A stretch of DNA of 64,000 nucleotides, from positions 111,669 through 175,668 of the forward strand of contig JBBSXO010000001.1 of assembly GCA_038045705.1 (NCBI GenBank). Direction: 5' to 3'. Position 1 is the stretch's first letter. Each line of letters starts with the position of its first letter. The position numbers and the translations under genes were made by a program. The notes below the pieces were generated by a model. The model saw only the letters and a list, made by a program, of their open reading frames with translations. It was not told the origin of the DNA and did no database searches. The DNA comes from Nanobdellota archaeon. GTDB taxonomy: Archaea; Nanobdellota; Nanobdellia; Pacearchaeales; GW2011-AR1. This document shows positions 9,669 through 19,986 of this stretch, one piece after another.

Positions 9669-11741
9669 TTATCTTATATTTGTTGCACTAGCTACTAAAG
9701 AACAGCTATTAGGTCCAGGCTCATTATCAAAAGTATCTCTACATTTAATATAATATGCAATATTAGGTTTCCATTCAGCATAATGACTTTTCTTGTTTGA
9801 AGTTGAAATATAAAGCAATTCAATCCCTTCATCAAAATTAAAGTTACAGCTATTCAAGGAATAAGCACAAGCAGCATCTTCATTAGTAACTATTTTTAAA
9901 GCATTATTAGAAGAATCTCTGTAAGCTCTAGTAATTAAAGGTGCAAATGTATCCACAATAACTGAAAAACTTACTTCAGCCTCAGCAGCATTTCCTCCAT
10001 AATCAACACATCTAAATTTATAATTATAATTTCCAGTTGGCAAATTAAGTCTTTGTGAATGTTCAACAGCATCAGTTTCAAACATCAGAACATAACTATC
10101 GGGCAATCCAGTAGAGCTAAATGAGCAAATAGACACTCCTTCATTTGCCCCATCATCTGTTGTAACTCTCAAATCCACTGGAACTGTATTTGTATTTCCA
10201 GTAGCTGTTCCATTAGGAGATACAAAGATTATATTCAACGGTTGCGAACCTATCAATTTATAATTATAACTTGCAACGTTAACATTTCTCTCTTCTTCTG
10301 CTTTTGAAGGCTGGTCTTTACATCTTACAAAAAAGTTGTTTTCCTGTCTATCTACAATTCCATTGAGATTAGTTGAACAGGTATACAATTCACGCGCATT
10401 TATTTGAGTGAGAGAAGTAGCACAGCTCATAGTATTTTCCATAACTGAATATTCTTTACTTTGAGCGCTCCATTTACATGTTGCAGGTTCATTAATGTAA
10501 AATTGAACTGGTACAGATTGAACTCCAAATTTAACATAACTCCCACTAGGAATAGAAGTCTCAACTATTACTGGAGCAGTTGTATCAGGACTAGGGTCAA
10601 CACATAACTGAACAGCATATTCATCAACATTCTCATTCCCATTTTTATCTCTGCATCTTACAAAGAAATCATATTTCCCATCTGCTTGTAATTCTGGAAG
10701 TTCAGCATTAAGAGAATCTGGCGAAGGCAGACTAAATTGTTGGGTATGATTATATAAATACAAATTAGTATTTCCGAAAAGGAATTGCATTTCATCGAAT
10801 GAGTCTTTATGTTCTAAATCTAACTTACATTGGCTTGCCTCATTAGTTGTAATTCCAAAAGTAAGTGGTGTAAACGCTTGCAAGCAACCATCTGTAGCAC
10901 CATTTCTAACTATTTTAGTTCCTAGTGAAGTTGGTCTTGTTTCATGATTTGTATATCTATGGTTTTCAGTCAATGGTTCTGTCCAAGGAGTTATCGTCGG
11001 AGAAGTAGCATCATTAGGGTTTACCCAGACACATTTCTCATCAGTAGTTCCAACGTTTACAAGTTCACAAGCTTGTCCTAAACTCCTGCAACGATATTCA
11101 GAGCAAGGTCTAAAGGAATCTTTGTTACACTCTTCGCAATCATTCCCACCAATTGGAGCTTCATAAGGTAAACATTGGAAATTTACAACTTTAGAAGATT
11201 CTTTTTTATACATAATCGCATAAACAACGACGGCAATTCCAATAGCCCACAATGTTGCTCCTCCAGAAGCTCCTAAAAAGTTTGGATCTGCAAAACCCAA
11301 ACTATTAAACAAGTTAGTGCTACCTTGAGCCTCTAAAAACCCAAACCTTCCAATTGCAACACCAATTCCTAAAGCAGCAGATGCAGCCTTTTTTTGATTA
11401 TCATCGAGCCCAAGAAAGTCTCCTGCAAAATAAACAACTCCATAAGCAATTCCTCCCCAAATTAGCCCGGATAATAAACTACCCACAAAACCTTCAATAC
11501 CCAAAGGTGTTCTTCCAAGAATATCAGTGTTTGGTTCAGGAGGTGGAGGTTCAGGACTAGGACTTGCTTTGAGCCCTGCATTTCCAGATCTTGCAGCTAA
11601 TAACGCTCCAGGACCTACACCTTGTGCACTAGTCAATAAACTCTCATGAATCAAAAAAGCAAAACTAAAGACCGCTAAGATTATAATTAAAATATGCGAA
11701 ATTGCAATACTTTTTAGAACACCACCTCTTCGATAAAACAT
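9669..11741 (-). CDS. Cys-rich surface protein with Gly-rich hydrophobic segment and Ig-like repeats; paralogue of the C-half of 16327..19986
   Basis: Shared blocks such as FQCLPYEAPIGGNDCEEC / FKCLPWQPPSGGDNCAKC and CRSLGQACEL / CASLGKTCEL. Confidence 0.8.
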   Translation of the reverse strand: MFYRRGGVLKSIAISHILIIILAVFSFAFLIHESLLTSAQGVGPGALLAARSGNAGLKASPSPEPPPPEPNTDILGRTPLGIEGFVGSLLSGLIWGGIAYGVVYFAGDFLGLDDNQKKAASAALGIGVAIGRFGFLEAQGSTNLFNSLGFADPNFLGASGGATLWAIGIAVVVYAIMYKKESSKVVNFQCLPYEAPIGGNDCEECNKDSFRPCSEYRCRSLGQACELVNVGTTDEKCVWVNPNDATSPTITPWTEPLTENHRYTNHETRPTSLGTKIVRNGATDGCLQAFTPLTFGITTNEASQCKLDLEHKDSFDEMQFLFGNTNLYLYNHTQQFSLPSPDSLNAELPELQADGKYDFFVRCRDKNGNENVDEYAVQLCVDPSPDTTAPVIVETSIPSGSYVKFGVQSVPVQFYINEPATCKWSAQSKEYSVMENTMSCATSLTQINARELYTCSTNLNGIVDRQENNFFVRCKDQPSKAEEERNVNVASYNYKLIGSQPLNIIFVSPNGTATGNTNTVPVDLRVTTDDGANEGVSICSFSSTGLPDSYVLMFETDAVEHSQRLNLPTGNYNYKFRCVDYGGNAAEAEVSFSVIVDTFAPLITRAYRDSSNNALKIVTNEDAACAYSLNSCNFNFDEGIELLYISTSNKKSHYAEWKPNIAYYIKCRDTFDNEPGPNSCSLVASATNIR

Positions 11742-11803
11742 ACTTGCTTAATGAAATAATTCTTTATAAATATTAGTAAAACTAAAAAGCTAAAATATTC
11801 TAA

Positions 11804-12295
11804 CTATCTTTCCATAATCTCAACATTATAACCGCCCATCGCATTTCTATCAAGGGTAAAATAAAGATAAACACTTGTAGGGCTATCAAACGAAATAGAA
11901 CTATGGGGAGAAGAGTTACTTAATTGTAAGATTCTAGTATCAATTATTCTTTCATCCCCTGTTCCATTATATTTAACATAAATTCCAAATGTTTTTCCTT
12001 GACAGTTTTGCTGAGTTGCTCCAAAGACAAATTCTTCTCCTACATAAAATGTAGTCCTTCCTTTATTTACAATCTCAGTTCTTGGATCCAAGAAACCATC
12101 TCCATTACTATCTTTAAAATCACTCCCAATAAAAGGCATACAAGTGATGTTATTATTGCCTTGACCTCTAGCAGTCACACGTGCATGATGATCTGCAATA
12201 ATAAGACCTCCAAGAAGCTGAGCACAACCCGTAAGAGGCAAAGTAGCCCCTAAGATCATCCCCGCCAAGCCTAGATCTTTAGTCCTAGATTTCAT
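11804..12295 (-). CDS. Hypothetical lipoprotein-like protein
   Basis: Lipobox-like LTGC; DSNGDG Ca-binding-like loop; own TATA (ATTTAAATA) upstream. Confidence 0.6.
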   Translation of the reverse strand: MKSRTKDLGLAGMILGATLPLTGCAQLLGGLIIADHHARVTARGQGNNNITCMPFIGSDFKDSNGDGFLDPRTEIVNKGRTTFYVGEEFVFGATQQNCQGKTFGIYVKYNGTGDERIIDTRILQLSNSSPHSSISFDSPTSVYLYFTLDRNAMGGYNVEIMER

Positions 12296-12361
12296 TTTCA
12301 GGTACGATTCATAGATTAAACGAATATTTAAATCTTTCTGTTACTTAATAGTTACAAAAAT

Positions 12362-13375
12362 TCAAAACAAGCTATCTCTAGAAAAGAAAATTCCAAGTAA
12401 AATTATAATTATTTGGAAAATCCATATAGCATAAACTGCATTTTTTTCTGTAGACCTAATTCCTATTTTTTTCAAAACTAAAATAGAAAGATGATTCAAA
12501 CTGTAAATTTTATTATGCTGATTTTCCAGTGTCCCATCTTTCATAGGTTTACCGAAAGAACTTTTTTTAAGTTTTCCACGAGATTTTAATATGACTTCAA
12601 TAATATAAGGGATGTAAAAGAAAATAGCAATCTTCTCAAAATTGCCTACAATTGCAATAGCCGCAATCATAACACCAACAGAATATGTCATAACATCTCC
12701 AGGAAAGACTCTGGCAGGAAATTTATTGAATTTCAAAAATCCAATTAGCGCGAGAACCATACATAAACAAACTATTGAAAGCCATGCGCTTCCATTAATG
12801 TAAGAGACAAAAGCCATTCCCGATAGCAAAATTATTCCCTGACCAGCTTCAAGACCATTGAACCCAGCAAGCATGTTAAAAGTAGTTGTAGTTGCAACAA
12901 CCCCTAAAGGTATCAAAAACAAAGGATAAACTAAACCCCAATCAATGACTCCAAAAATTGGAAAATTCATTGAACTTTCTCCAGCTTTTATTGCAATAAG
13001 AGGTATCGCTCCAAAGATAGCCAGTAAAATTCTCACTCTCCCAGAGAGTCCTCCACGCCTCCACCCGAATAAATCATCTATGAAACCAATAAATCCCATA
13101 AAGATAACCATAACTAGAATTACAAATATTTCTAAAAGAAAACCATTCGAACTTTCAAGCAAAAAGACCCTATATGTAACATAACTAAGAACACTTAACA
13201 AAAATGCAAGCAAAACAATCAAACCACCAGAGCCAGAGACTTTCTCACTATCTATTTTATTCATATCCTTCCACACAAGGCCCACAAATCTTACCTTACG
13301 TATCCACCAAGGCATCAAAGCTAAAACTGTAATCAAGCTTATTGCCAGAGGCAACAACAAAATATAAGATTTCAT
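12362..13375 (-). CDS. Polyprenyl-phosphate N-acetylhexosamine-1-phosphate transferase (GT4/MraY-WecA family, AglH-like)
   Basis: GFIDD, NMLAGFNGLEAG and FNKFPARVFPGD motifs; multi-TM. Confidence 0.88.
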   Translation of the reverse strand: MKSYILLLPLAISLITVLALMPWWIRKVRFVGLVWKDMNKIDSEKVSGSGGLIVLLAFLLSVLSYVTYRVFLLESSNGFLLEIFVILVMVIFMGFIGFIDDLFGWRRGGLSGRVRILLAIFGAIPLIAIKAGESSMNFPIFGVIDWGLVYPLFLIPLGVVATTTTFNMLAGFNGLEAGQGIILLSGMAFVSYINGSAWLSIVCLCMVLALIGFLKFNKFPARVFPGDVMTYSVGVMIAAIAIVGNFEKIAIFFYIPYIIEVILKSRGKLKKSSFGKPMKDGTLENQHNKIYSLNHLSILVLKKIGIRSTEKNAVYAIWIFQIIIILLGIFFSRDSLF

Positions 13376-13413
13376 TCAAAGAACAGCTATTTATTATTTA
13401 TAAGACTTATCAA

Positions 13414-14964
13414 TTATTCTTGTCCGCCTATAACTATTTTGTAACCTTTATTGTAACCTTCTTTACCTAACCAATTTAAGCTAGGTCCGCAATCACCTAA
13501 CATCTTACACAAATCTGCTTTCTCTTTTTGCCAATTCTCTTCAAGACATTCACAACCAGAAACGCATTTTTCCCCACCATCAAACAATCCTTTTTCAAAT
13601 TTAACAACACAAACATTATTTCCTAAAGAACATATGTTTGATGTTTCAGCATCACTCCAGAAGTTAAATCCTGGTTTATTTTGAGGGAAACAAGTTCCTA
13701 CTCTATCTTGAGTCTGGTTTTGTAAAGCTTGCAATAATACATCTTTCCAAACACAGTCTCTAATATCTTCATTTTCACAAGATGACTTGTCAATTTGATT
13801 TACGCAATCCTGCCATCTGTTTACTTTACAGGCTGCTTGTGAAAAATCATTTATAGTATCAGAAATACATTCCTCCGCTCTGAAGTCCTCACATTGTTCT
13901 AAAACTTCTTCCCCATTTATGCAAACATGTTTATAGAATCTGCTTCCTACAGTATTATCTGTATTTCCAAAGCCTCCTGCATCATTGTAAACACACCAAC
14001 TTTCTCCATGTCTGTAATTTTTACCATCTTGAGTATTTTTACAATTTAAATCAGCACAGATATTATCTCCATAAGTTGGACTCTTTCCAGCATCATTTTC
14101 GCTTCGGCAAATGCTACCCTGTAAATAATCGCAATTTCCACATGAAGAACTCAAAGCATTTCCATTTTCAGGATTACATGAGTTATCTACAGTTATTACA
14201 TTGCTCCAATATAATTGATCTTCTAGCTTAGAAGAGTCATAAATATTTGCAGGATTCCCACAAGTATCTACAAAATAAACTCCATCTTTTCCAGGAACAC
14301 AAGTAGTCTTAGTACTTGGTCCGCATATAGTCCCTAGTTCTTCAGCAGAACATAATTTCCCTGCGTAGAATGTCCCACCAACAATAGAAGCATTACTAGT
14401 TTGAGTATTACATTCAGCCCTAGTTCCGAATTTGCAAGTATCTTCAAACTCGAATTCATACACACATGCACCAACTTCTTGCTGTTGAACTTTTTCTATA
14501 CAAGCAAGTTCACTTCCAACACTAGTATCATAATTTGTCTCTAAACCCAAATAAGAACTTAATCTTTTGCATCTAACAAGAGAAACATAAGCTGCTTGAT
14601 CTCCAAGAATACAACATCCCAAAGAACACTGAGGTGGTTCTTCTTCACTCCATACACCACCATTAGCATTACAAACTAGTTGAGGCGTATTATCAAAGCA
14701 AGTTCCTTCAGTAGAATCATAGCAAGTTCCAGCCTTACAATAACTTGTAGATTCACAACTTGTAGGTACTTGTCTACTTCCAGGCTTACATTCAGAAGAA
14801 GGAACATTTTGACAAAAAGCTCCTGTATCTGTTTGCTCGCAACAAACAGTTGCAAGTTGATTTCCAACATTAGGATTATTAGGTGTTCCAGTCTGCTGTG
14901 CAATAACAAAACTAGCAAAGGCTAAAAGTATTATTCCAAAAAGTAAAATTATCTTTTTATTCAT
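13414..14964 (-). CDS. Secreted Cys-rich protein; paralogue of the N-half of 16327..19986
   Basis: Signal peptide; shared blocks GTCYDS, GGVWS, DGxYFVDxCGNxANIYDSSKL, CGNCDYL, HGESWC, LCxxLGDCG. Confidence 0.8.
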   Translation of the reverse strand: MNKKIILLFGIILLAFASFVIAQQTGTPNNPNVGNQLATVCCEQTDTGAFCQNVPSSECKPGSRQVPTSCESTSYCKAGTCYDSTEGTCFDNTPQLVCNANGGVWSEEEPPQCSLGCCILGDQAAYVSLVRCKRLSSYLGLETNYDTSVGSELACIEKVQQQEVGACVYEFEFEDTCKFGTRAECNTQTSNASIVGGTFYAGKLCSAEELGTICGPSTKTTCVPGKDGVYFVDTCGNPANIYDSSKLEDQLYWSNVITVDNSCNPENGNALSSSCGNCDYLQGSICRSENDAGKSPTYGDNICADLNCKNTQDGKNYRHGESWCVYNDAGGFGNTDNTVGSRFYKHVCINGEEVLEQCEDFRAEECISDTINDFSQAACKVNRWQDCVNQIDKSSCENEDIRDCVWKDVLLQALQNQTQDRVGTCFPQNKPGFNFWSDAETSNICSLGNNVCVVKFEKGLFDGGEKCVSGCECLEENWQKEKADLCKMLGDCGPSLNWLGKEGYNKGYKIVIGGQE

Positions 14965-15719
14965 GCTAATCCTTGGGGCCAAACAAGACTCCTAGTTGCA
15001 AAATCAAATTTATCTTCGCTGGTGACATCACTTAGTTGATAAATTGTTGAACCATCATCACGCCTGGTCTTTTCAATTACAAGATTAGGATAATAAGAAA
15101 TATATAAACTTGTCTCGCTATCTCCAAAAGTTGATTCATACTGTATGATATTAACTGCAGTATTTATCAAAGTGTACCAGTTAGAATCAATTGCAACAGA
15201 AAATTTTTGGAAAGTTTGAGTATCTTCTTTTATTAAAGTAAGTGGAGCAACAAAATCCACATATATATTTTCAGGCACAATGCCTACACTAATGTTACTA
15301 GTACCACTTCTAACTTCATAACCCTTTCTTTCATATTGGTCTTTCAAATCTTCAAAACATTGTTTTGCTCTAGGTTCAATATGTTTTTTTATTTCTTCTT
15401 GAACATGCCTCAATAAAAGAGGTTGTTGAACAGAACAAGGTGTATAAAATTGAGAAGTATAACACAAATATTGCAATTTCATATCATTATACATTGCATA
15501 ATTATCCGGATTAGTATATCCGCCTTGAACACTTAAAACATCTTTAATATTTGTAATTTCAGGTTCTATACAGCTCCTCAAATAAGAGCTAGGATTTACA
15601 CTTGAAGAAAAAACATTTGCTTGAGGAAAAGCAAAGATAACAATTATTACAGCAACAACAATAATTGCAAGTATGACAAAAATAGTGACTTGTCCTTTTC
15701 TATCATCTCTTTTCATCAA
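14961..15719 (-). CDS. Pilin-like protein (class III signal peptide); paralogue of 19977..20741
   Basis: RKG/QVTIFVILAII; YLRSCI, GGY, YLCY, YYP and FATR blocks shared with 19977..20741. Confidence 0.78.
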   Translation of the reverse strand: MMKRDDRKGQVTIFVILAIIVVAVIIVIFAFPQANVFSSSVNPSSYLRSCIEPEITNIKDVLSVQGGYTNPDNYAMYNDMKLQYLCYTSQFYTPCSVQQPLLLRHVQEEIKKHIEPRAKQCFEDLKDQYERKGYEVRSGTSNISVGIVPENIYVDFVAPLTLIKEDTQTFQKFSVAIDSNWYTLINTAVNIIQYESTFGDSETSLYISYYPNLVIEKTRRDDGSTIYQLSDVTSEDKFDFATRSLVWPQGLA

Positions 15720-15747
15720 TCTTTAAGAGATTTTTTGTTTATAAATA

Positions 15748-15808
15748 TAGTGAAAGACTTTGAAATTTTATGAGTCTTTCACTAATAGAAAGGAATTCTC
15801 TTTTCTAT
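15748..15808. terminator. Tandem inverted repeats downstream of pyrE
   Basis: TAGTGAAAGACT/AGTCTTTCACTA (12-bp stem, 15748-15784) followed by ATAGAAA/TTTCTAT. Confidence 0.5.
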
Positions 15809-15828
15809 AATTGCTTGAAATCCTTTTC

Positions 15829-16326
15829 TTACAGTAATTCTTTTGAGTCAACTAGATAATGAACTGGAAATTGCATTTTTACATCTCCTCTTTTAATAAC
15901 TACATATGCTTCATTTACTCTTGCACCATGATTTTGGATAACTTCTGCAGTTTCTCTTATACTTCCTCCAGTAGTAAACACATCATCAACTATAGCAACT
16001 AAATCATCTTTTTTAGGTATATATCCTTCTATCCATTTTCTTAAGCCATGCTTTTGAGGACTATCTCTGACTATAGCAAGAGGAATATTTTTTACAAGCG
16101 AAACAGTTGTTGCAAGAGAAATTCCCCCGTATCCTTTTCCAACAACACAAGTGGAATTTTTATTTATTTTTTCAGCAATTGCTTCGCCAATTTTCTTCAA
16201 GAGCTTAGGGTCACCATAAGCTTTCTTAACATCAAAATAAGCAGTACTCTCTTCTCTCCCTCTTAATCTAACATTTCCTCTAACAACAATATCTGCTTCT
16301 CTTAATAATTTGACTAATTCAGTCAT
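15829..16326 (-). CDS. pyrE: Orotate phosphoribosyltransferase
   Basis: YFDVKKAYGDP, IVRDSPQKHG and PRPP-binding loop IVDDVFTTGGS. Confidence 0.88.
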   Translation of the reverse strand: MTELVKLLREADIVVRGNVRLRGREESTAYFDVKKAYGDPKLLKKIGEAIAEKINKNSTCVVGKGYGGISLATTVSLVKNIPLAIVRDSPQKHGLRKWIEGYIPKKDDLVAIVDDVFTTGGSIRETAEVIQNHGARVNEAYVVIKRGDVKMQFPVHYLVDSKELL

Positions 16327-19300
16327 TTAATATCCACCACTAACTGTCAAACAAGATCCTACATTTCCAAATGTATCTCTACACTTTATCTTATAAGTTA
16401 ATCCATTAGAATAAGGCATTGTATGAACTCTACTTGCACCACTTAAAGCTGTGCCTGTTTCAAACTCAAATGAGCATGTAGAAGTTGAGTATTCACAAAT
16501 AGAAGCCTCATTAGTTATCACATTCAAACTATTTCCTGAATTGTATACTCTTGTTATCAAAGGTCCAGTATTATCAACTTCAATAATAAATTGAGCACTT
16601 CCTTCAACAATATTTCCAGCTCTATCTGTGCACCTTAATCTTATGTCATAACTTCCAGCAAACAAAGTATCCCAAGTTTGTCTGTGGTTACTCAAACTTG
16701 TTGTAAAGAAATCAATATAACTATTTCCATCAAAAGAATATTTACAGGATGCCTCGCCAGACTCTATTCCTCCAGCAGTTACAACTTCCAAAGTAACGGA
16801 AACAGGTTCGGTTGCAGATAGTATTGTTCTATCATCGGGAGTAACAGAACTTATTGTCAAAGGAGTAGTTGTCCTTCTAACTTCATAAGGAATACTTTGA
16901 GTATTTTTGTTTCTTCCTTCTATTAGAGTAACTGAAGATTGTTGAATATTTACTCCGAGCCATGGCTTATCAGCACACCTGAAATAATAATTATTAGTAT
17001 CTTGTGAAATAGGTAGTGTTGCACTGCACAACCAACCACGAAGAGTTGATTGACTTATAGCATTATCACAATTAGCTTCATTTTCCATTAATTCATATTC
17101 CTGATCAGTTGTGCTGAATTTACAAGTAGCAGGCTCATCTGTATAAAATTGTAAATTATAAGAACTTGAATTCAAACCAGTAATTCCAGGGCTTTCAGGA
17201 CTAAATCTTGATATCTTCGGAGGTTGCAAGTCGTCTTCAGGAGAAACACAAAATCTTATATCATAAGCATTATCATTTGAGTTCCCACTTTTATCATCAC
17301 ATAATACATATAAATTGTAATCTCCTCTTCTACTAGGATTGATTCCAGGCACTTCAAGAGAGTCAAGAGTAGGCATAGCAGTGTTTTCATTATGTCTTGA
17401 AACATAAGCATTAGCACTACTGTCAAAATAAGTATCGTCCATTTCTTCATAGTTGCTAGGTCTGGTGGAAGATATTTTACATTGGCTTGGCTCGTTTGTC
17501 ACAATTCCAAAAGTAACGACAGAATATTCTTGTAAACATCCATCTCCGCTTGAGCTTTTTATTTCAACACCATTTGTAAATTCTTCATAAGTAAATCCTT
17601 GAGCAAGAGAAGTCTGATTAAATGAGATATCTGGAGCAGTAGCATCATTTGGATTGATATTAACACAAGCTTCATTTTCAGTTTCAGGATTTATGAGTTC
17701 ACATGTTTTTCCAAGACTAGCACATTTGTAAGCAGTGCATTCTACCCCTAGAGAATCACATTTAGCACAGTTATCTCCACCAGAAGGAGGTTGCCAAGGC
17801 AAACATTTAAATTCAACTTTCTTTTCCCTATATTCGCCAACACCAGCAACCGAGAGTACTACTATAGCTACAACAATTATTATTGCCGCAATCCATCCGA
17901 CAACAGGTGCAACCGCTAGAGTTGGAACAAGTTCAACTAATCCAATATAAAGAAGTCCAGCTGCAGCACCAATAACAACTGCAGTAGTTAGTTCATCTCC
18001 TTCTAACCCTAAAGCCAGCCCTATAATATAACCTATTCCTGCACCAACTAATGCTCCATTTGCAGCTCCTGTCCATCCAGTAACATGGAACCATGAAGGA
18101 GCAAGAATAGCAGATCCACTAGATAATGTTGCCAGAGCTCCAGCAGCTCCCAAACCTAGTTGACTAATTTGTCTTGCAAGAGCATTAGGGTCTTCAAAAT
18201 TAAAATCTGTTCCGAATAAAGCTTCAATTTGTTCTTCAGTAAAAGTAGAAACTCTTTGTCCAGGTTTTGGAGTAATATACTTTTTCAAACCTTCCACATA
18301 ATCATCAGAGATTTTAGGGCTTCTATCTCCGCTTGTCGAATATCCCTTTCCAAGTTCTCCTGCCAAGTTTACATGACTTCCACAATCACCTAAGCTCATA
18401 CATAGATTATTCATTGTTTCTGCAAATTTTGCCTCTTTACATTCACAGTTTATTTTGCAAGTCCACCTTCCTTCTATATTCTTTTTTTCATAATATGTGC
18501 AAGTCTGCGTTGCAGCTTTACATATAGACTCTGAATCTGGCTGAGGCTCATCAGCTAATTCAAGTCCGGGAGGATACTTAGGAACACAAACATCAAACTT
18601 CCATTTATCAATTTCAACATGTTTCAAATAACAATCAGGGCTTTCCTCACATTTAGCAAGTTTATCAGCATTTTCATTATAGCTCGTACACAAACTTCCG
18701 GTATTTGTTCTACATTGAGCATTTGTAAAACTATCAGTAACATCTTGTTCAACACAAACACCATTTCTATATTCTGCGCAAGGCTCAAGTCTTACTTCTC
18801 CTTCAGAACAAAATTTTTTATAATGTCTGCTTCCCGGAACATCAACTGCCCTTTCTTCATTACTGGCATTCTGACCATCAAGTCCAATCCATGAATCAAA
18901 AGCACACCAACTTTCCCCATGTTCTTTTCTCACTCCATTGTCAATGCATGCCAAATCTTTACAGACATATTGTCCATAGATAGATGTTTCATCGAGTCCT
19001 GACTGTGGAGACCCGCAAGTATTTCCAGCAAGATAATCGCAGTTTCCACATCTTTGTTGATTTGCCAAACTATCACTTCCAGAAGATAAAGAACAAATTC
19101 GTTCAATAGGCACTATCGAACTCCAATAAGCTAAATTATTTAGTTTGCTTGAGTCATAAATATTAGCTTTATTACCGCAACTATCTACAAAATAGATTCC
19201 ATCTTTACCATCAAAACATTGAGTATTTTGAGTCATTTCACATTTAGTATTAAGATCAGGATTAGTGCATAATTGGCCAACGTAAAAATCTCCTCCATTA

Positions 19301-19986
19301 GTCAAACAACTAACTTCAGTTGTAAATTGACAATTGTATTTATCAAGTTCAGGCAAAAATTCTAAAACACAAGCCCCTTCTCTTTGAGTTCTAACTCTAG
19401 ATAGACATTGAATCTCACTTTGAATTTGTGGATCCCACTCAGTAGGCGCTCCTGAACTCTGACGCAGATTAGTACATTCTTGACTTGTCGCAAATCTAGC
19501 TTGACTTGCTCCACCATTTCCATCTGGTCCAATTAAACAACATCCTCTATTGCATTGAACCGGAGTTTGAGCAGACCAAACTCCCCCTTCATCCTCGCAA
19601 GAAGCTCTAGGAGTTCCAGCATTACATAGCCCAAGACTAGAATCATAACAAGTTCCTAATTGGCATGATGAAAATTCAGTTCTTCTTCCAGGAAAACAAG
19701 AGCTAGTGCATTGAGAGTCACATGTCTCGGAAGGGTACTCTTGACAATAAGAACCAGAATTGTCTACCAAACAAGTCTTAACAGAAGTTTGCGCAGAAAC
19801 AAGACCATATGACAAATAGTTAAGAACTTTTTCTCTAATTAATAAAATAAATTTAGATTCTTTGCTTTCAACAGGTAAGTATTCAATTAAAGAATTAGTC
19901 TCACTCATAATATATGCAAAAGCAATTCCACTAAGCAAAATCAAAGTAATTTCAAATAATCCAATTACTTTTTTAGTTAAAACCAT
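16327..19986 (-). CDS. Large Cys-rich surface protein: disulfide-rich N-half, central Gly/Ala-rich hydrophobic segment, Ig-like C-half
   Basis: About 1219 aa; dozens of Cys; hydrophobic stretch QLGLGAAGAL...VVGWIAAIIIVVAIVVLSVAGVG. Confidence 0.8.
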   Translation of the reverse strand: MVLTKKVIGLFEITLILLSGIAFAYIMSETNSLIEYLPVESKESKFILLIREKVLNYLSYGLVSAQTSVKTCLVDNSGSYCQEYPSETCDSQCTSSCFPGRRTEFSSCQLGTCYDSSLGLCNAGTPRASCEDEGGVWSAQTPVQCNRGCCLIGPDGNGGASQARFATSQECTNLRQSSGAPTEWDPQIQSEIQCLSRVRTQREGACVLEFLPELDKYNCQFTTEVSCLTNGGDFYVGQLCTNPDLNTKCEMTQNTQCFDGKDGIYFVDSCGNKANIYDSSKLNNLAYWSSIVPIERICSLSSGSDSLANQQRCGNCDYLAGNTCGSPQSGLDETSIYGQYVCKDLACIDNGVRKEHGESWCAFDSWIGLDGQNASNEERAVDVPGSRHYKKFCSEGEVRLEPCAEYRNGVCVEQDVTDSFTNAQCRTNTGSLCTSYNENADKLAKCEESPDCYLKHVEIDKWKFDVCVPKYPPGLELADEPQPDSESICKAATQTCTYYEKKNIEGRWTCKINCECKEAKFAETMNNLCMSLGDCGSHVNLAGELGKGYSTSGDRSPKISDDYVEGLKKYITPKPGQRVSTFTEEQIEALFGTDFNFEDPNALARQISQLGLGAAGALATLSSGSAILAPSWFHVTGWTGAANGALVGAGIGYIIGLALGLEGDELTTAVVIGAAAGLLYIGLVELVPTLAVAPVVGWIAAIIIVVAIVVLSVAGVGEYREKKVEFKCLPWQPPSGGDNCAKCDSLGVECTAYKCASLGKTCELINPETENEACVNINPNDATAPDISFNQTSLAQGFTYEEFTNGVEIKSSSGDGCLQEYSVVTFGIVTNEPSQCKISSTRPSNYEEMDDTYFDSSANAYVSRHNENTAMPTLDSLEVPGINPSRRGDYNLYVLCDDKSGNSNDNAYDIRFCVSPEDDLQPPKISRFSPESPGITGLNSSSYNLQFYTDEPATCKFSTTDQEYELMENEANCDNAISQSTLRGWLCSATLPISQDTNNYYFRCADKPWLGVNIQQSSVTLIEGRNKNTQSIPYEVRRTTTPLTISSVTPDDRTILSATEPVSVTLEVVTAGGIESGEASCKYSFDGNSYIDFFTTSLSNHRQTWDTLFAGSYDIRLRCTDRAGNIVEGSAQFIIEVDNTGPLITRVYNSGNSLNVITNEASICEYSTSTCSFEFETGTALSGASRVHTMPYSNGLTYKIKCRDTFGNVGSCLTVSGGY

